IMG/VR virus record: IMGVR_UViG_3300020366_000002
Location: 1 to 40,646 of that record
Strand: one strand, 5' to 3'
DNA length: 40,646 nt
DNA from: a virus
Taxonomy: Duplodnaviria; Caudoviricetes
Shown here piece after piece: positions 1 to 8,771 of the stretch. The notes under the pieces are model-generated. The model had not been told where the DNA came from. It was given only the letters and a program-made list of their open reading frames with translations, and searched no databases. A program made the translations under genes and the position numbers. Numbering within the stretch: position 1 is the stretch's first letter; every line of letters begins with the position of its first letter.

Positions 1-77
1 CAGAGACCACCTTAATAACAGCTCAAGAACTAAAGGTAGACGCAGAGACAGCAACAGAAGGTTCTCGTAAACTAGAT
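1..77. repeat. Terminal 77-bp overlap, identical to 40570-40646 (circular assembly junction)
   Basis: cagagaccacc...gtaaactagat appears at both ends. The 77-bp length matches a common assembler k-mer, and the reading frame runs through the junction. Confidence 0.95.
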
Positions 78-548
78 ATAGAGGCTGACACTACGCTTAA
101 AGGTAAACAAGGTTCACTGGTAGACGCTCAAGAACTCAAGACAGACGCAGAAACAGCCACAGAAGGATCTAGAAAGCTAGATATAGAAGCTGATACAACT
201 TTAAAAGGTAAACAAGGTGCGTTAGTTGACGCCCAAGAATTAAAGACCGACGCAGAAACAGCTACGGAAGGTTCTAGGAAGTTAGACATCGAAGCTGATA
301 CTACTCTTAAAGGTAAGCAAGGTTTACTAGTCGATGCACAAGAACTTAAAACAGACGCTGAGACAGCAACTGAAGGCTCTCGTAAACTAGATATAGAAGC
401 AGATACTACACTTAAAGGTAAGCAAGGTTTACTTATAGATGCACAGGAACTAAAGACTGATGCTGAGACAGAACTTTTGACTGCACAGGAACTAAAAACT
501 GATGCTGAGAAAGAGCTTATAGATGCACAGGAACTAAAGACTGATGCC
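3..548 (+). repeat. Coding tandem repeat: four 105-bp units (45, 150, 255, 360) and 42-bp units (3, 465, 507); continues from 40383
   Basis: The units are ETATEGSRKLDIEADTTLKGKQGxLVDAQELKTDA (35 aa) and ExxLxxAQELKTDA (14 aa). Copies differ mostly at synonymous positions. Confidence 0.95.
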
Positions 549-1421
549 GAGGCCGCACTAATAGCAGACCAAGAAGCTTTAATAGAGCAACAAAAGTTAG
601 AGCTAAGTGAAAAGAGAACCTATGAAACTAACGCAGAGTCTGCTTGGTTTCAAAATGGTGGTGTAGGTATTACTGGAGAAAGTGGATACTTCTCATTCAA
701 AGACTTTAAAGAAGAGTTAAGAATGATGGGAATCCAAGAAGGCCCATTTAACGGTTTACCCGCTTATAAGAAAGTAGAGCTAATTAAAGATGCTCATCAA
801 CTACGAGCTAACGTTACACAAGGTGTTGATAATACAGGGACAACAAACCTAAAACTTGTAAACTCAATCTTACGTTTAATAGGAGAGCATAAAGTATCCA
901 ATATTAATGCAAATGCACTTTCTGTAAATGCTTTTGACTTAATGGTTGAGACTAACGAAGAGTTACAATCTAGAGGTTGGTATTTCAATACTACTCATGA
1001 CTATGAATTTACAGCGACTAATCAAGGTATCATATCGACAGCTAATATAACACCAGAAGTTTTAAACGTTGAGATAAACAACGTTAGGACTCGTCGAGAT
1101 TTTAATACACCTACCTACATCTATAATCTAGAAGATCAATCTTACACAACTTGGAGTGGTACAGTAAAAGGTACAATCATACAAAAAGTTGATTTAGATG
1201 CTGTTCCAGTTAAATATCGTCAATACCTAGAAGTTCGTGTAGCTATTTTGTTAACAGAAATGTATCCAAAATCTGGTGTAGACATACAACGTCTTCCTAA
1301 GATGGAAGCAGAACTTAGAGCTTACTTTGCCGACGTCGACAACGACAACGCTAATTATTCTATATTTGACAATTACGACACCTATTCTAGAGTCGGTATT
1401 AACCGTAACTACGAACTATAA
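3..1421 (+). CDS. Tail tubular protein A (gp11-like), 3' part of a gene starting at 39825 and wrapping the junction (about 721 aa in total)
   Basis: Frame 3 is open from base 3 and in frame with the 477-1421 ORF. The C-terminal domain has gp11 motifs VNSILRLIGE, LQSRGWYFNT and VPVKYRQYL. It lies between the capsid and tail tube B genes. Confidence 0.88.
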   Translation, partial: ETTLITAQELKVDAETATEGSRKLDIEADTTLKGKQGSLVDAQELKTDAETATEGSRKLDIEADTTLKGKQGALVDAQELKTDAETATEGSRKLDIEADTTLKGKQGLLVDAQELKTDAETATEGSRKLDIEADTTLKGKQGLLIDAQELKTDAETELLTAQELKTDAEKELIDAQELKTDAEAALIADQEALIEQQKLELSEKRTYETNAESAWFQNGGVGITGESGYFSFKDFKEELRMMGIQEGPFNGLPAYKKVELIKDAHQLRANVTQGVDNTGTTNLKLVNSILRLIGEHKVSNINANALSVNAFDLMVETNEELQSRGWYFNTTHDYEFTATNQGIISTANITPEVLNVEINNVRTRRDFNTPTYIYNLEDQSYTTWSGTVKGTIIQKVDLDAVPVKYRQYLEVRVAILLTEMYPKSGVDIQRLPKMEAELRAYFADVDNDNANYSIFDNYDTYSRVGINRNYEL

Positions 1422-4342
1422 TGCCCTTAGTAACTACATCACTACCTAATTTAATACAGGGAGTCTCACAACAACCCGATGCTATTAGGTATGACGGACA
1501 ATGTGAGCTACAAGAAAACGCTATGAGTTCTATTGTAGATGGTTTAAGTAAAAGACCTTGTACTCAACATATTGCTAGATTGTTAACAGAAGCGATCGAT
1601 AATACAAGTTTTGTTCACTTTATAAATCGAAGTGCAACTGAGAAGTATGTATTAATTAACGATGGTTCTTATGTTTGTATATACAACTTATTAACAGGTG
1701 ATGAAGCTACAATTACTGAAGGTACAACACAATATAAAAGTACTTTATCCGCAGGTAAATACCCTGCAACTGGTTATCTAGCTCCAACTACACCTAGAAC
1801 GTCTTTTAAAGCACTAACAGTTTCTGATGCTACTTTCTTGGTAAATACTACACAGAATATTGCTGTAGGTGCTGATAACACACCTACGTTAACTAACGAT
1901 GCACTTATATTCATCAAACAGGGTGATTATGCCAAAGAATATGGATTCCAAGTTAATGCTAAAGTTCCTGGAACTCTTGGAAATGCAAGTGTAAGTATAA
2001 CTACTTCTGTTTCAAATGATATATACAGTCTTACAGGTGTAGCTACTATATCTGGAGGTTTAGGTACAGGTTTCGCTGTAAACGATATTGTAGACTTAGA
2101 ATTACCTTCAAGCAAGGTACTACCGTTTGCAGACTGGGCTAATGCTCCAAGAGTAGACGCTGAAACAATGGATTTAGAGTTGTTTACACAGCCTACATTA
2201 AAGATTACATCTATAGGCTCTAGTGGTGAAGTAACAGGTATACAAGTTGAAAATGCAGGAAGTTGGAGATACAAGAAAGCGGCTTATTACTCTGGGTTTA
2301 TATACTCTAGTGGTGACTATGCCCTTACTCAATCAGCGGGAACTTTAGATATTGGTACAACCCACCCAGATGGTGTTTGGACTGTTGAAAGTACAGGTAA
2401 TACCGCTGTTACAGGTAGTTTAAATTTTATATACGAAAGAAAGACTAAATCTGGTAATGGTACAAATACAAGTGGTACGACGACGACGGCAGAAAATGCT
2501 GACTCATCGGTCATACTAGCAAAGCTTGTAGATTTAACAGACTCCGATACATCCGAAAGTGGTCTTCCTAGTGGTGATTCTTTTGGTGATCATTTTACAT
2601 TAGATTCAACTAACGTAAGTCAAAACTTATTAGTTCTAACAGCTGACTCTGATATCAGTGAAATCGCTGTTTCTAGTTTTGATGGTTTATCGGGTGAAGG
2701 TATAGGTGTGGTACATAACTCAGTAAGTAGTCTTGATGATTTACCTGTGTTTGCTAAGAATAATTTTGAGGTAAAAGTACGAGGTGATGCTGATCTTAAC
2801 GAAGACGACTACTACGTTAAATTTGAAACTGTAGGTGGTAAGGACTTTGGTAACGGATCTTGGGTAGAAACTGTAGGGCCTAATATCAAAAAAGGATATG
2901 ACTCTACCTCTTTACCAATCGAGTTAATTAATGATGCTCCAGATAGATTCCAAATTAGGACAATGAAGTTTGCTGAAAGAGAGGCAGGAGACGACGAAAG
3001 TAATCCCTTAGCTTCATTTATTACACAACCTATAGCAAATCTATTCTTCTTTAAAAATCGATTAGGATTCCTAAGTAATGAAAACATTATTATGTCACAA
3101 AGTGGGTTTGGTAAGACAGACAGTACAGGACAAATGGTGTATAATTTTAATCGTACTACAGTTACTACATTACTAGATGACGATCCTATTGATATAGCGG
3201 TATCTAGTAGTCGTGTTACTAACCTAAGATCAGCTAAAGGTTTCCAAGAGAATCTTATTATGTTCTCTGAGAATGGACAGTTTGTTCTTAAAGGTGGTGC
3301 TACATTGACTCCTAAGACAGTTTCCATTACACCTGTAACTAACTTTAATACTAATAATAATATAGACCCTATACCACTAGGAGCGTATATTTATTTCCCA
3401 TTTGATAAGAGTGGATTTACAGGGGTTAGAGAATTTACAATCAATGCTAATACCGACGTCTACGACTCTGTTGACGTAACTGAGCACGTACCTAGTTATA
3501 TTAAAGCTAACATACTAGACTTTGCGGGTACAACCTCAGAGGATATGCTTTGTATCGTCAGCGTCGACGACCCTACGGTACTCTGTGTATACAAGTATTT
3601 CTATAGTGGTAACAAGAAGCTACTAAGTAGTTGGTTTAAATTTAAATTTGACAGTGAAATAAGAGGTATGGAGTTTATCGATTCAGTGTTATATATGGTT
3701 ATGACTAAGAATAGCGAAACTAACTTAGTTAAATTACCTATGAACTCTGGTCAGACTGATTCTACCTCTGTAGAGCATTTAACTTTACTAGATATGCGTG
3801 TATCCGCTACTACTAACTCAAGTAGCCAAATAGTACTACCATACACACCAGATAACAACTCAGTAGAGGCATACAAACCAACTGGTCAAAAATTACCTTG
3901 TACTAATACAGGCTCTACTGTAACAGTTACTGGTAACCCTAATACAACTGTATTTGTAGGTATACCATACACTATGAAGTACACTTTTAGTAAACAAGTA
4001 TTTAAACAACAATCGGGACAGAGTAAATCAGCTAGTAACGTTGATATGTTAGTACGCAAAGGCTCTCTATATTATAATAAGAGTCAAGGATTCACTGTAA
4101 AGGTTACTCCAGAGCGTAGAAGTACATATACTAACGACTATACTAATCAGTTTTCTACTTATGTTGTAGGTACAACTAATGTTAGTGAATTAGATCTAGA
4201 TAATGGTTTCTATCAGTTTCCTGTTTATTCTAAAGCTAGTACAACCGAGATAACAATCGAAAATAGCTCAGCTTTACCTTCAACCTTTCAATCAGCCGAA
4301 TTTGAGTCATTTGTCCACACACGTGCAAAACGTATCCCGTAA
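1421..4342 (+). CDS. Tail tubular protein B (gp12-like nozzle)
   Basis: N-terminal LPNLIQGVSQQPD, GLSKRP, FFKNRLGFLS and DDDPID motifs, C-terminal FQSAEFE; syntenic with T7. Confidence 0.95.
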   Translation: MPLVTTSLPNLIQGVSQQPDAIRYDGQCELQENAMSSIVDGLSKRPCTQHIARLLTEAIDNTSFVHFINRSATEKYVLINDGSYVCIYNLLTGDEATITEGTTQYKSTLSAGKYPATGYLAPTTPRTSFKALTVSDATFLVNTTQNIAVGADNTPTLTNDALIFIKQGDYAKEYGFQVNAKVPGTLGNASVSITTSVSNDIYSLTGVATISGGLGTGFAVNDIVDLELPSSKVLPFADWANAPRVDAETMDLELFTQPTLKITSIGSSGEVTGIQVENAGSWRYKKAAYYSGFIYSSGDYALTQSAGTLDIGTTHPDGVWTVESTGNTAVTGSLNFIYERKTKSGNGTNTSGTTTTAENADSSVILAKLVDLTDSDTSESGLPSGDSFGDHFTLDSTNVSQNLLVLTADSDISEIAVSSFDGLSGEGIGVVHNSVSSLDDLPVFAKNNFEVKVRGDADLNEDDYYVKFETVGGKDFGNGSWVETVGPNIKKGYDSTSLPIELINDAPDRFQIRTMKFAEREAGDDESNPLASFITQPIANLFFFKNRLGFLSNENIIMSQSGFGKTDSTGQMVYNFNRTTVTTLLDDDPIDIAVSSSRVTNLRSAKGFQENLIMFSENGQFVLKGGATLTPKTVSITPVTNFNTNNNIDPIPLGAYIYFPFDKSGFTGVREFTINANTDVYDSVDVTEHVPSYIKANILDFAGTTSEDMLCIVSVDDPTVLCVYKYFYSGNKKLLSSWFKFKFDSEIRGMEFIDSVLYMVMTKNSETNLVKLPMNSGQTDSTSVEHLTLLDMRVSATTNSSSQIVLPYTPDNNSVEAYKPTGQKLPCTNTGSTVTVTGNPNTTVFVGIPYTMKYTFSKQVFKQQSGQSKSASNVDMLVRKGSLYYNKSQGFTVKVTPERRSTYTNDYTNQFSTYVVGTTNVSELDLDNGFYQFPVYSKASTTEITIENSSALPSTFQSAEFESFVHTRAKRIP

Positions 4343-4814
4343 CATCGTAAGCCACCATAACGGTGGAGGTATGGTTGTCTTAGCTAAAGACGACGACGTC
4401 GATGCGATAGCACCCTTTATGAGGAAACCAGATAAACTGGAGGTTTCTTGTATGGGGCATACACCCGAAGAGGCTCTTAGAAGTGGATTAAAAAATGATG
4501 ATGCAACTTTTACTGTCTTATGTCCAGAGGGCGTACCTATTGCTATGTTTGGTAGTGGACGAATTGCTGGACAAGCCTATATATGGTTACTGGGTACTGA
4601 CGCTTTGTTAGATAACGCCTATGCGTTTATAAAAGCTTCTAGACCTTGGGTACATCTATTAACTGCCCCATATAAGACCGTAGTAAACTACGTACACGAA
4701 GATAACGAATTAGCCATTAAATGGTTGCGTTTCTGTGGTGCAAAGTTTATAAGAAAACTAGAATTTTCAAATCAACCTTTTTACGAATTTATAATAATAT
4801 CAAACAATGTGTGA
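4302..4814 (+). CDS. Internal virion protein A (gp13-like, acetyltransferase-like fold)
   Basis: MRKPDKLEV, IWLLGT and NYVHEDNELAIKWLRFCG motifs; follows gp12. The start may be downstream of 4302. Confidence 0.85.
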   Translation: MSHLSTHVQNVSRNIVSHHNGGGMVVLAKDDDVDAIAPFMRKPDKLEVSCMGHTPEEALRSGLKNDDATFTVLCPEGVPIAMFGSGRIAGQAYIWLLGTDALLDNAYAFIKASRPWVHLLTAPYKTVVNYVHEDNELAIKWLRFCGAKFIRKLEFSNQPFYEFIIISNNV

Positions 4815-5448
4815 ACCAACTACAATAGCCGTAGCGATGGGTGTGGGACAAGCCGCTAGTACCATCGCAGGTCAACGCAATGCCGCTAAGACGCAAGAAA
4901 AGATGCAACTTAGAGCGACACAGGATGAACAAAAACGTTATTTACGTGAGGTTTCAGCTCAAAGAACTCAAGAACGTTTTCAAAAGATTGCAATGGCTCA
5001 AAAACTTAGAGCTAACCAAAAGAGAGCTATGGAAGCTAGAGCAACTGCTAGAGTTGTCGCAGGTGAAGCAGGAGTTGGTGGTAGAAGTGTTGATGCACTA
5101 GTGGCTGATTACACACGTAAGGAAGCTGAATACAATTTCTCATTAGCACAACAAGATCAAATGAACTTTGTTAATAGTCAGATAAACCTAGACAACGCCG
5201 CAGGACAATCTAGATCTAATATGTTACGTATCAACAAACCTATTGAACAACCTAATTATCTAGGTGCAATACTTGACGGTGCTCAGACAGCATTTAGTAT
5301 GCAAGGAGCAATGGCTGATGCAGGATTTACAGGTTTCGGTAACAAAGATTCCGTTGCTACTTTTGCTAAACAATCACAAAAAACTCAGAATATGGGAATG
5401 CTAGATCTACATCTTCCAAACCAAAACCCTTTTAATACTTATGGCTAA
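4807..5448 (+). CDS. Internal virion protein B (gp14-like ejection protein)
   Basis: MCEPTT start, Gln/Ala-rich helices, AGEAGVGGRSVDAL motif; synteny. Confidence 0.85.
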   Translation: MCEPTTIAVAMGVGQAASTIAGQRNAAKTQEKMQLRATQDEQKRYLREVSAQRTQERFQKIAMAQKLRANQKRAMEARATARVVAGEAGVGGRSVDALVADYTRKEAEYNFSLAQQDQMNFVNSQINLDNAAGQSRSNMLRINKPIEQPNYLGAILDGAQTAFSMQGAMADAGFTGFGNKDSVATFAKQSQKTQNMGMLDLHLPNQNPFNTYG

Positions 5449-8400
5449 GAATCCTTTAGAAGAACTACTTAAAAAAGGTGGTAGAGACAATCCATCATAT
5501 GACCCAAGTCAGCAGGCTTTAAACCCTAGCGTTTCACGAGGTGGTGACTATTTTGTTCCCGTACAAGAAACCCCTAAAACTAATGCCGCTTTAAATTTCG
5601 CTAAGGCATTAAGTAGAACTCCAGAGGTATACAAACAGGCTGTTGATATGAATCAAGAGCGGGCCGCTAGAGAAATCGCTGAAATGTCTGATGAAGAATT
5701 TAATGCTCATTACAACGAGTTATTGTCTCAAGATAAAGAATTACAAAGTTTATTTGGTTACAACAAAGCATTCCAAGAGAAACTTGTAGAACGTACATAT
5801 AAAGACGTTGTTCCATTAGAACTCAAAGAGCTTGAGAAAGAATTTAAAGGTACACTACAAAACTATGATAGTATTGACGACTACGACAACGCCGTCAACA
5901 ACAAAGTTAATGAATACTTTGATAGCCTTAATTCACGTTTTAACGGCAATGAGTTTGCATCTAATGCTCACAATGCACTTGCTGTAGGACAGAAAGCTAA
6001 GCTAATAGTAAATCTACACGATGCTTATATCGAAGAGACAACTAAGTATATTCGTGAAGAAGAGATAGATACAGGGTCAAGAACTTTAGAAAAACTAGAT
6101 GGTGAATATGATGCTTTAGGAACTACACTTACTGAGCTTAATATAGCTACAGCAAACAATCTAGGAGACAAGAAGACTGCCAATGAGACTACACGTTCTA
6201 CTGTAGCGGCTCATCTTGATAGCCTTATAGCTTTAAGCACTACAGAAGGCTTAGAGAATGCAGAAGAGTTATTTAATGAAGTATTCACAAACGATGAACC
6301 TTTATTAGTTAACGGTAAAGACATCTTTGAAGGCTCTGAGGGGCAGAAGATGGAAACAGAGTATAGAGTAAAACTACACAACGCTAGACTGGCTCTACCA
6401 CAACTACTTGATGCTAAGTATGACAAAATAGAAAATGAGTATACAGCTCGTATTATTAGAGCACAAGGTAACCAAGAAGAACTAGATGCTATCTTTGCAG
6501 AGCTTGACGCAGAGATCCAACAAGAAGGTGACGATGGTTTAACTGTTAGGTTAAATAAATATAAAGATACCATTAAAAGAGACCCTTCTATATTTATTGA
6601 TGTAGCCGTCAACGACTTCGTTAAGAGCGTACCTAAAAATACTGCTCATAAATTCAACGACAACGTCACCTTTACGTTAATTAATAGTGAAGATATCAAT
6701 TTCACTCAAAGAGAGATGGAGCTATTCTTTAAACGTCAAGATGGAGGCACAGGAGATCTTGTAGGCACTGAGTTAGCTATGGAGCTTTCTGGGTATCACC
6801 AAAAGACTTATAATCAGTTAGTACGTGAGAAACTACAAGAAATATATTTAAACCCTAATTTAAGTGATGTAGAAAGAGAGCAACAAGCTCAAGAAGCACT
6901 ACAAGAGGCTTATGAAGAGTCTAATGAAGCTGTTAAACGTGAAATGAAGCGTCTTACAAAGGTTAACGAACCTAAATTAGAAGCTCAAAGTGCAGAACAA
7001 TTAGCTATAAATGCAGGAGCTAATGAGATAGAGTTAAACCGTGTTAGAAATATAACAGACCCTATTTTACAAATACAAGAATTTAATAGATTAGCAGAAG
7101 AATCTGTCAAACAAGACGACCCTTACACTATTACAGATGGTAAGGTTCAGATTAAAATTAATAAGAATGAGTCTGTAGCTACTACTTTAGATAACTACGC
7201 ACAAGTCTTAAAACTAGGCTTTAATGACAGAGAATCAGCTTTAGAAGCTCATTATGCTGTTATGGAGCAGTTAGAAAGAAAAGGTGTTAAGTACCTTGAC
7301 GCTATTGGTCAGCAGTATGCTAATGGTGGTGAGAATCAAGCTTTGGATGCTTTATGGCAATACAAAGAGCTTGTAGGGTTTACCAAAGAAGAACTAGACA
7401 ACGGATATGTGTCAATAGATTATGTAGTTGATACTAGCTCAGTCTATTCGCCTTATGGTATAGTTACCCCTTCTAATCGTGTACAGACAATCGAGATTCC
7501 TCTAGAAAAGATATGGGCTAGAGATACAATAGGTAAAGACCCTAGAATGGCCTCTGAAGAAGACTACGCCATCATCATCGACGGAGATATAGCTAATACT
7601 ATATACGCCCTTAAAGAAGGTAATGTATCAGCATTCTTACCTCCTAGTACAACTGGTGGAGTGTTAGATGACTTTGAGGCTCGCACTAAGGAAGCACAAA
7701 GAATCTATGATGCTCAAAGAAGATACTTTGTAGCTATGGGTTACCTAGAAGCGGGAGAGATGTTCGACGGCGACGACGACCTTGATCCCGACCCCGAAAA
7801 AAAAACTTTAGAGGATAACGAAGTGGAAGCTATCGATTCAAATATTACTGAGAATTTCGGAAAGTATTCAATAGGCAATGAACCAACTAATGTCCACGAA
7901 CAAGTTATAGATAAATACAATCTAAGAACAGAAAGAGGAAAAACCTTTATTAACTATAAGGACTTTGCGAAAAAGTTCTACACAAGTAGACTCCCAAATG
8001 CGAATCCCGAAGCTATTGATAGAATTGTTGATGCTAAGTTTAAGCTATTAGAACAACGTAGTCCCGAGCTTCTAAACACTAAAAACAATGAAGTTCGAAT
8101 AGTATTTAAAGATCTTGGGGATCGTATTGGAGGACTAGCTTATCGTAACAAAGATTTAATTGAAGTCAGTGACCGTTATCGAAATATAGAAGCTGTTGAG
8201 CAAACTATAATGCACGAGTTAGTTCATGCTTCTCAAAAGAACAGAAAAGGTAAAATGACAAACCTTATGACAAACGAACTAATTAGTAAAGGAGATTATA
8301 CTTCTCCCGATAAGTCATACATGGACTACTTAACCTCACCTTCAGAAACCGATGCAAGACTTGCTGAGGTAGCTCGAAGATGGGTACTAAAAGGTAATGA

Positions 8401-8770
8401 ATTTATAGATCCTAGAAAAGGAACTGAAGTAGCTGAAGACGCTTTAGTAGACTTTCTAGCTCACAGAAACAATGATGAATTTGATGGTACTAGAGTTCAA
8501 CTAATTAGGATGTTAGGCTTTCCCGATAGTTACATAGTACCATCCAACCAAGTAAAAGACCTACCTAACAAAGAAAGAGCTAAATGGTTAGGAAGAGGCT
8601 ATACCGACGAAAGTAGGATTCCTATGGAAAAGGAGGATGTCGGTGAAGAATGGGAAGAAAAGGTTCGACAAGAATTACGAAAAAACCCTAACTTAAAATT
8701 AATTTTAGAGTCTATCGGTACATTAGTACAAAACGAAAGCACTCAAAACCCAAATGAACAATTAGCATAA
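5441..8770 (+). CDS. Internal virion protein C (gp15-like) with C-terminal HExxH metallopeptidase-like domain
   Basis: Assigned by synteny; acidic helical protein of 1109 aa. HELVH at 8213-8227 is followed by Y..SPSETDAR. Confidence 0.75.
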   Translation: MAKNPLEELLKKGGRDNPSYDPSQQALNPSVSRGGDYFVPVQETPKTNAALNFAKALSRTPEVYKQAVDMNQERAAREIAEMSDEEFNAHYNELLSQDKELQSLFGYNKAFQEKLVERTYKDVVPLELKELEKEFKGTLQNYDSIDDYDNAVNNKVNEYFDSLNSRFNGNEFASNAHNALAVGQKAKLIVNLHDAYIEETTKYIREEEIDTGSRTLEKLDGEYDALGTTLTELNIATANNLGDKKTANETTRSTVAAHLDSLIALSTTEGLENAEELFNEVFTNDEPLLVNGKDIFEGSEGQKMETEYRVKLHNARLALPQLLDAKYDKIENEYTARIIRAQGNQEELDAIFAELDAEIQQEGDDGLTVRLNKYKDTIKRDPSIFIDVAVNDFVKSVPKNTAHKFNDNVTFTLINSEDINFTQREMELFFKRQDGGTGDLVGTELAMELSGYHQKTYNQLVREKLQEIYLNPNLSDVEREQQAQEALQEAYEESNEAVKREMKRLTKVNEPKLEAQSAEQLAINAGANEIELNRVRNITDPILQIQEFNRLAEESVKQDDPYTITDGKVQIKINKNESVATTLDNYAQVLKLGFNDRESALEAHYAVMEQLERKGVKYLDAIGQQYANGGENQALDALWQYKELVGFTKEELDNGYVSIDYVVDTSSVYSPYGIVTPSNRVQTIEIPLEKIWARDTIGKDPRMASEEDYAIIIDGDIANTIYALKEGNVSAFLPPSTTGGVLDDFEARTKEAQRIYDAQRRYFVAMGYLEAGEMFDGDDDLDPDPEKKTLEDNEVEAIDSNITENFGKYSIGNEPTNVHEQVIDKYNLRTERGKTFINYKDFAKKFYTSRLPNANPEAIDRIVDAKFKLLEQRSPELLNTKNNEVRIVFKDLGDRIGGLAYRNKDLIEVSDRYRNIEAVEQTIMHELVHASQKNRKGKMTNLMTNELISKGDYTSPDKSYMDYLTSPSETDARLAEVARRWVLKGNEFIDPRKGTEVAEDALVDFLAHRNNDEFDGTRVQLIRMLGFPDSYIVPSNQVKDLPNKERAKWLGRGYTDESRIPMEKEDVGEEWEEKVRQELRKNPNLKLILESIGTLVQNESTQNPNEQLA

Positions 8771-8771
8771 T

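Noticed and set aside
45-464. CRISPR array or DGR-like repeats
   Set aside because: The units are contiguous, in-frame coding repeats with synonymous variation. There are no spacers, and no cas or reverse transcriptase gene.
477-1421. Stand-alone 314-aa gene starting at TTG 477
   Set aside because: The frame is open upstream through the junction to ATG 39825.
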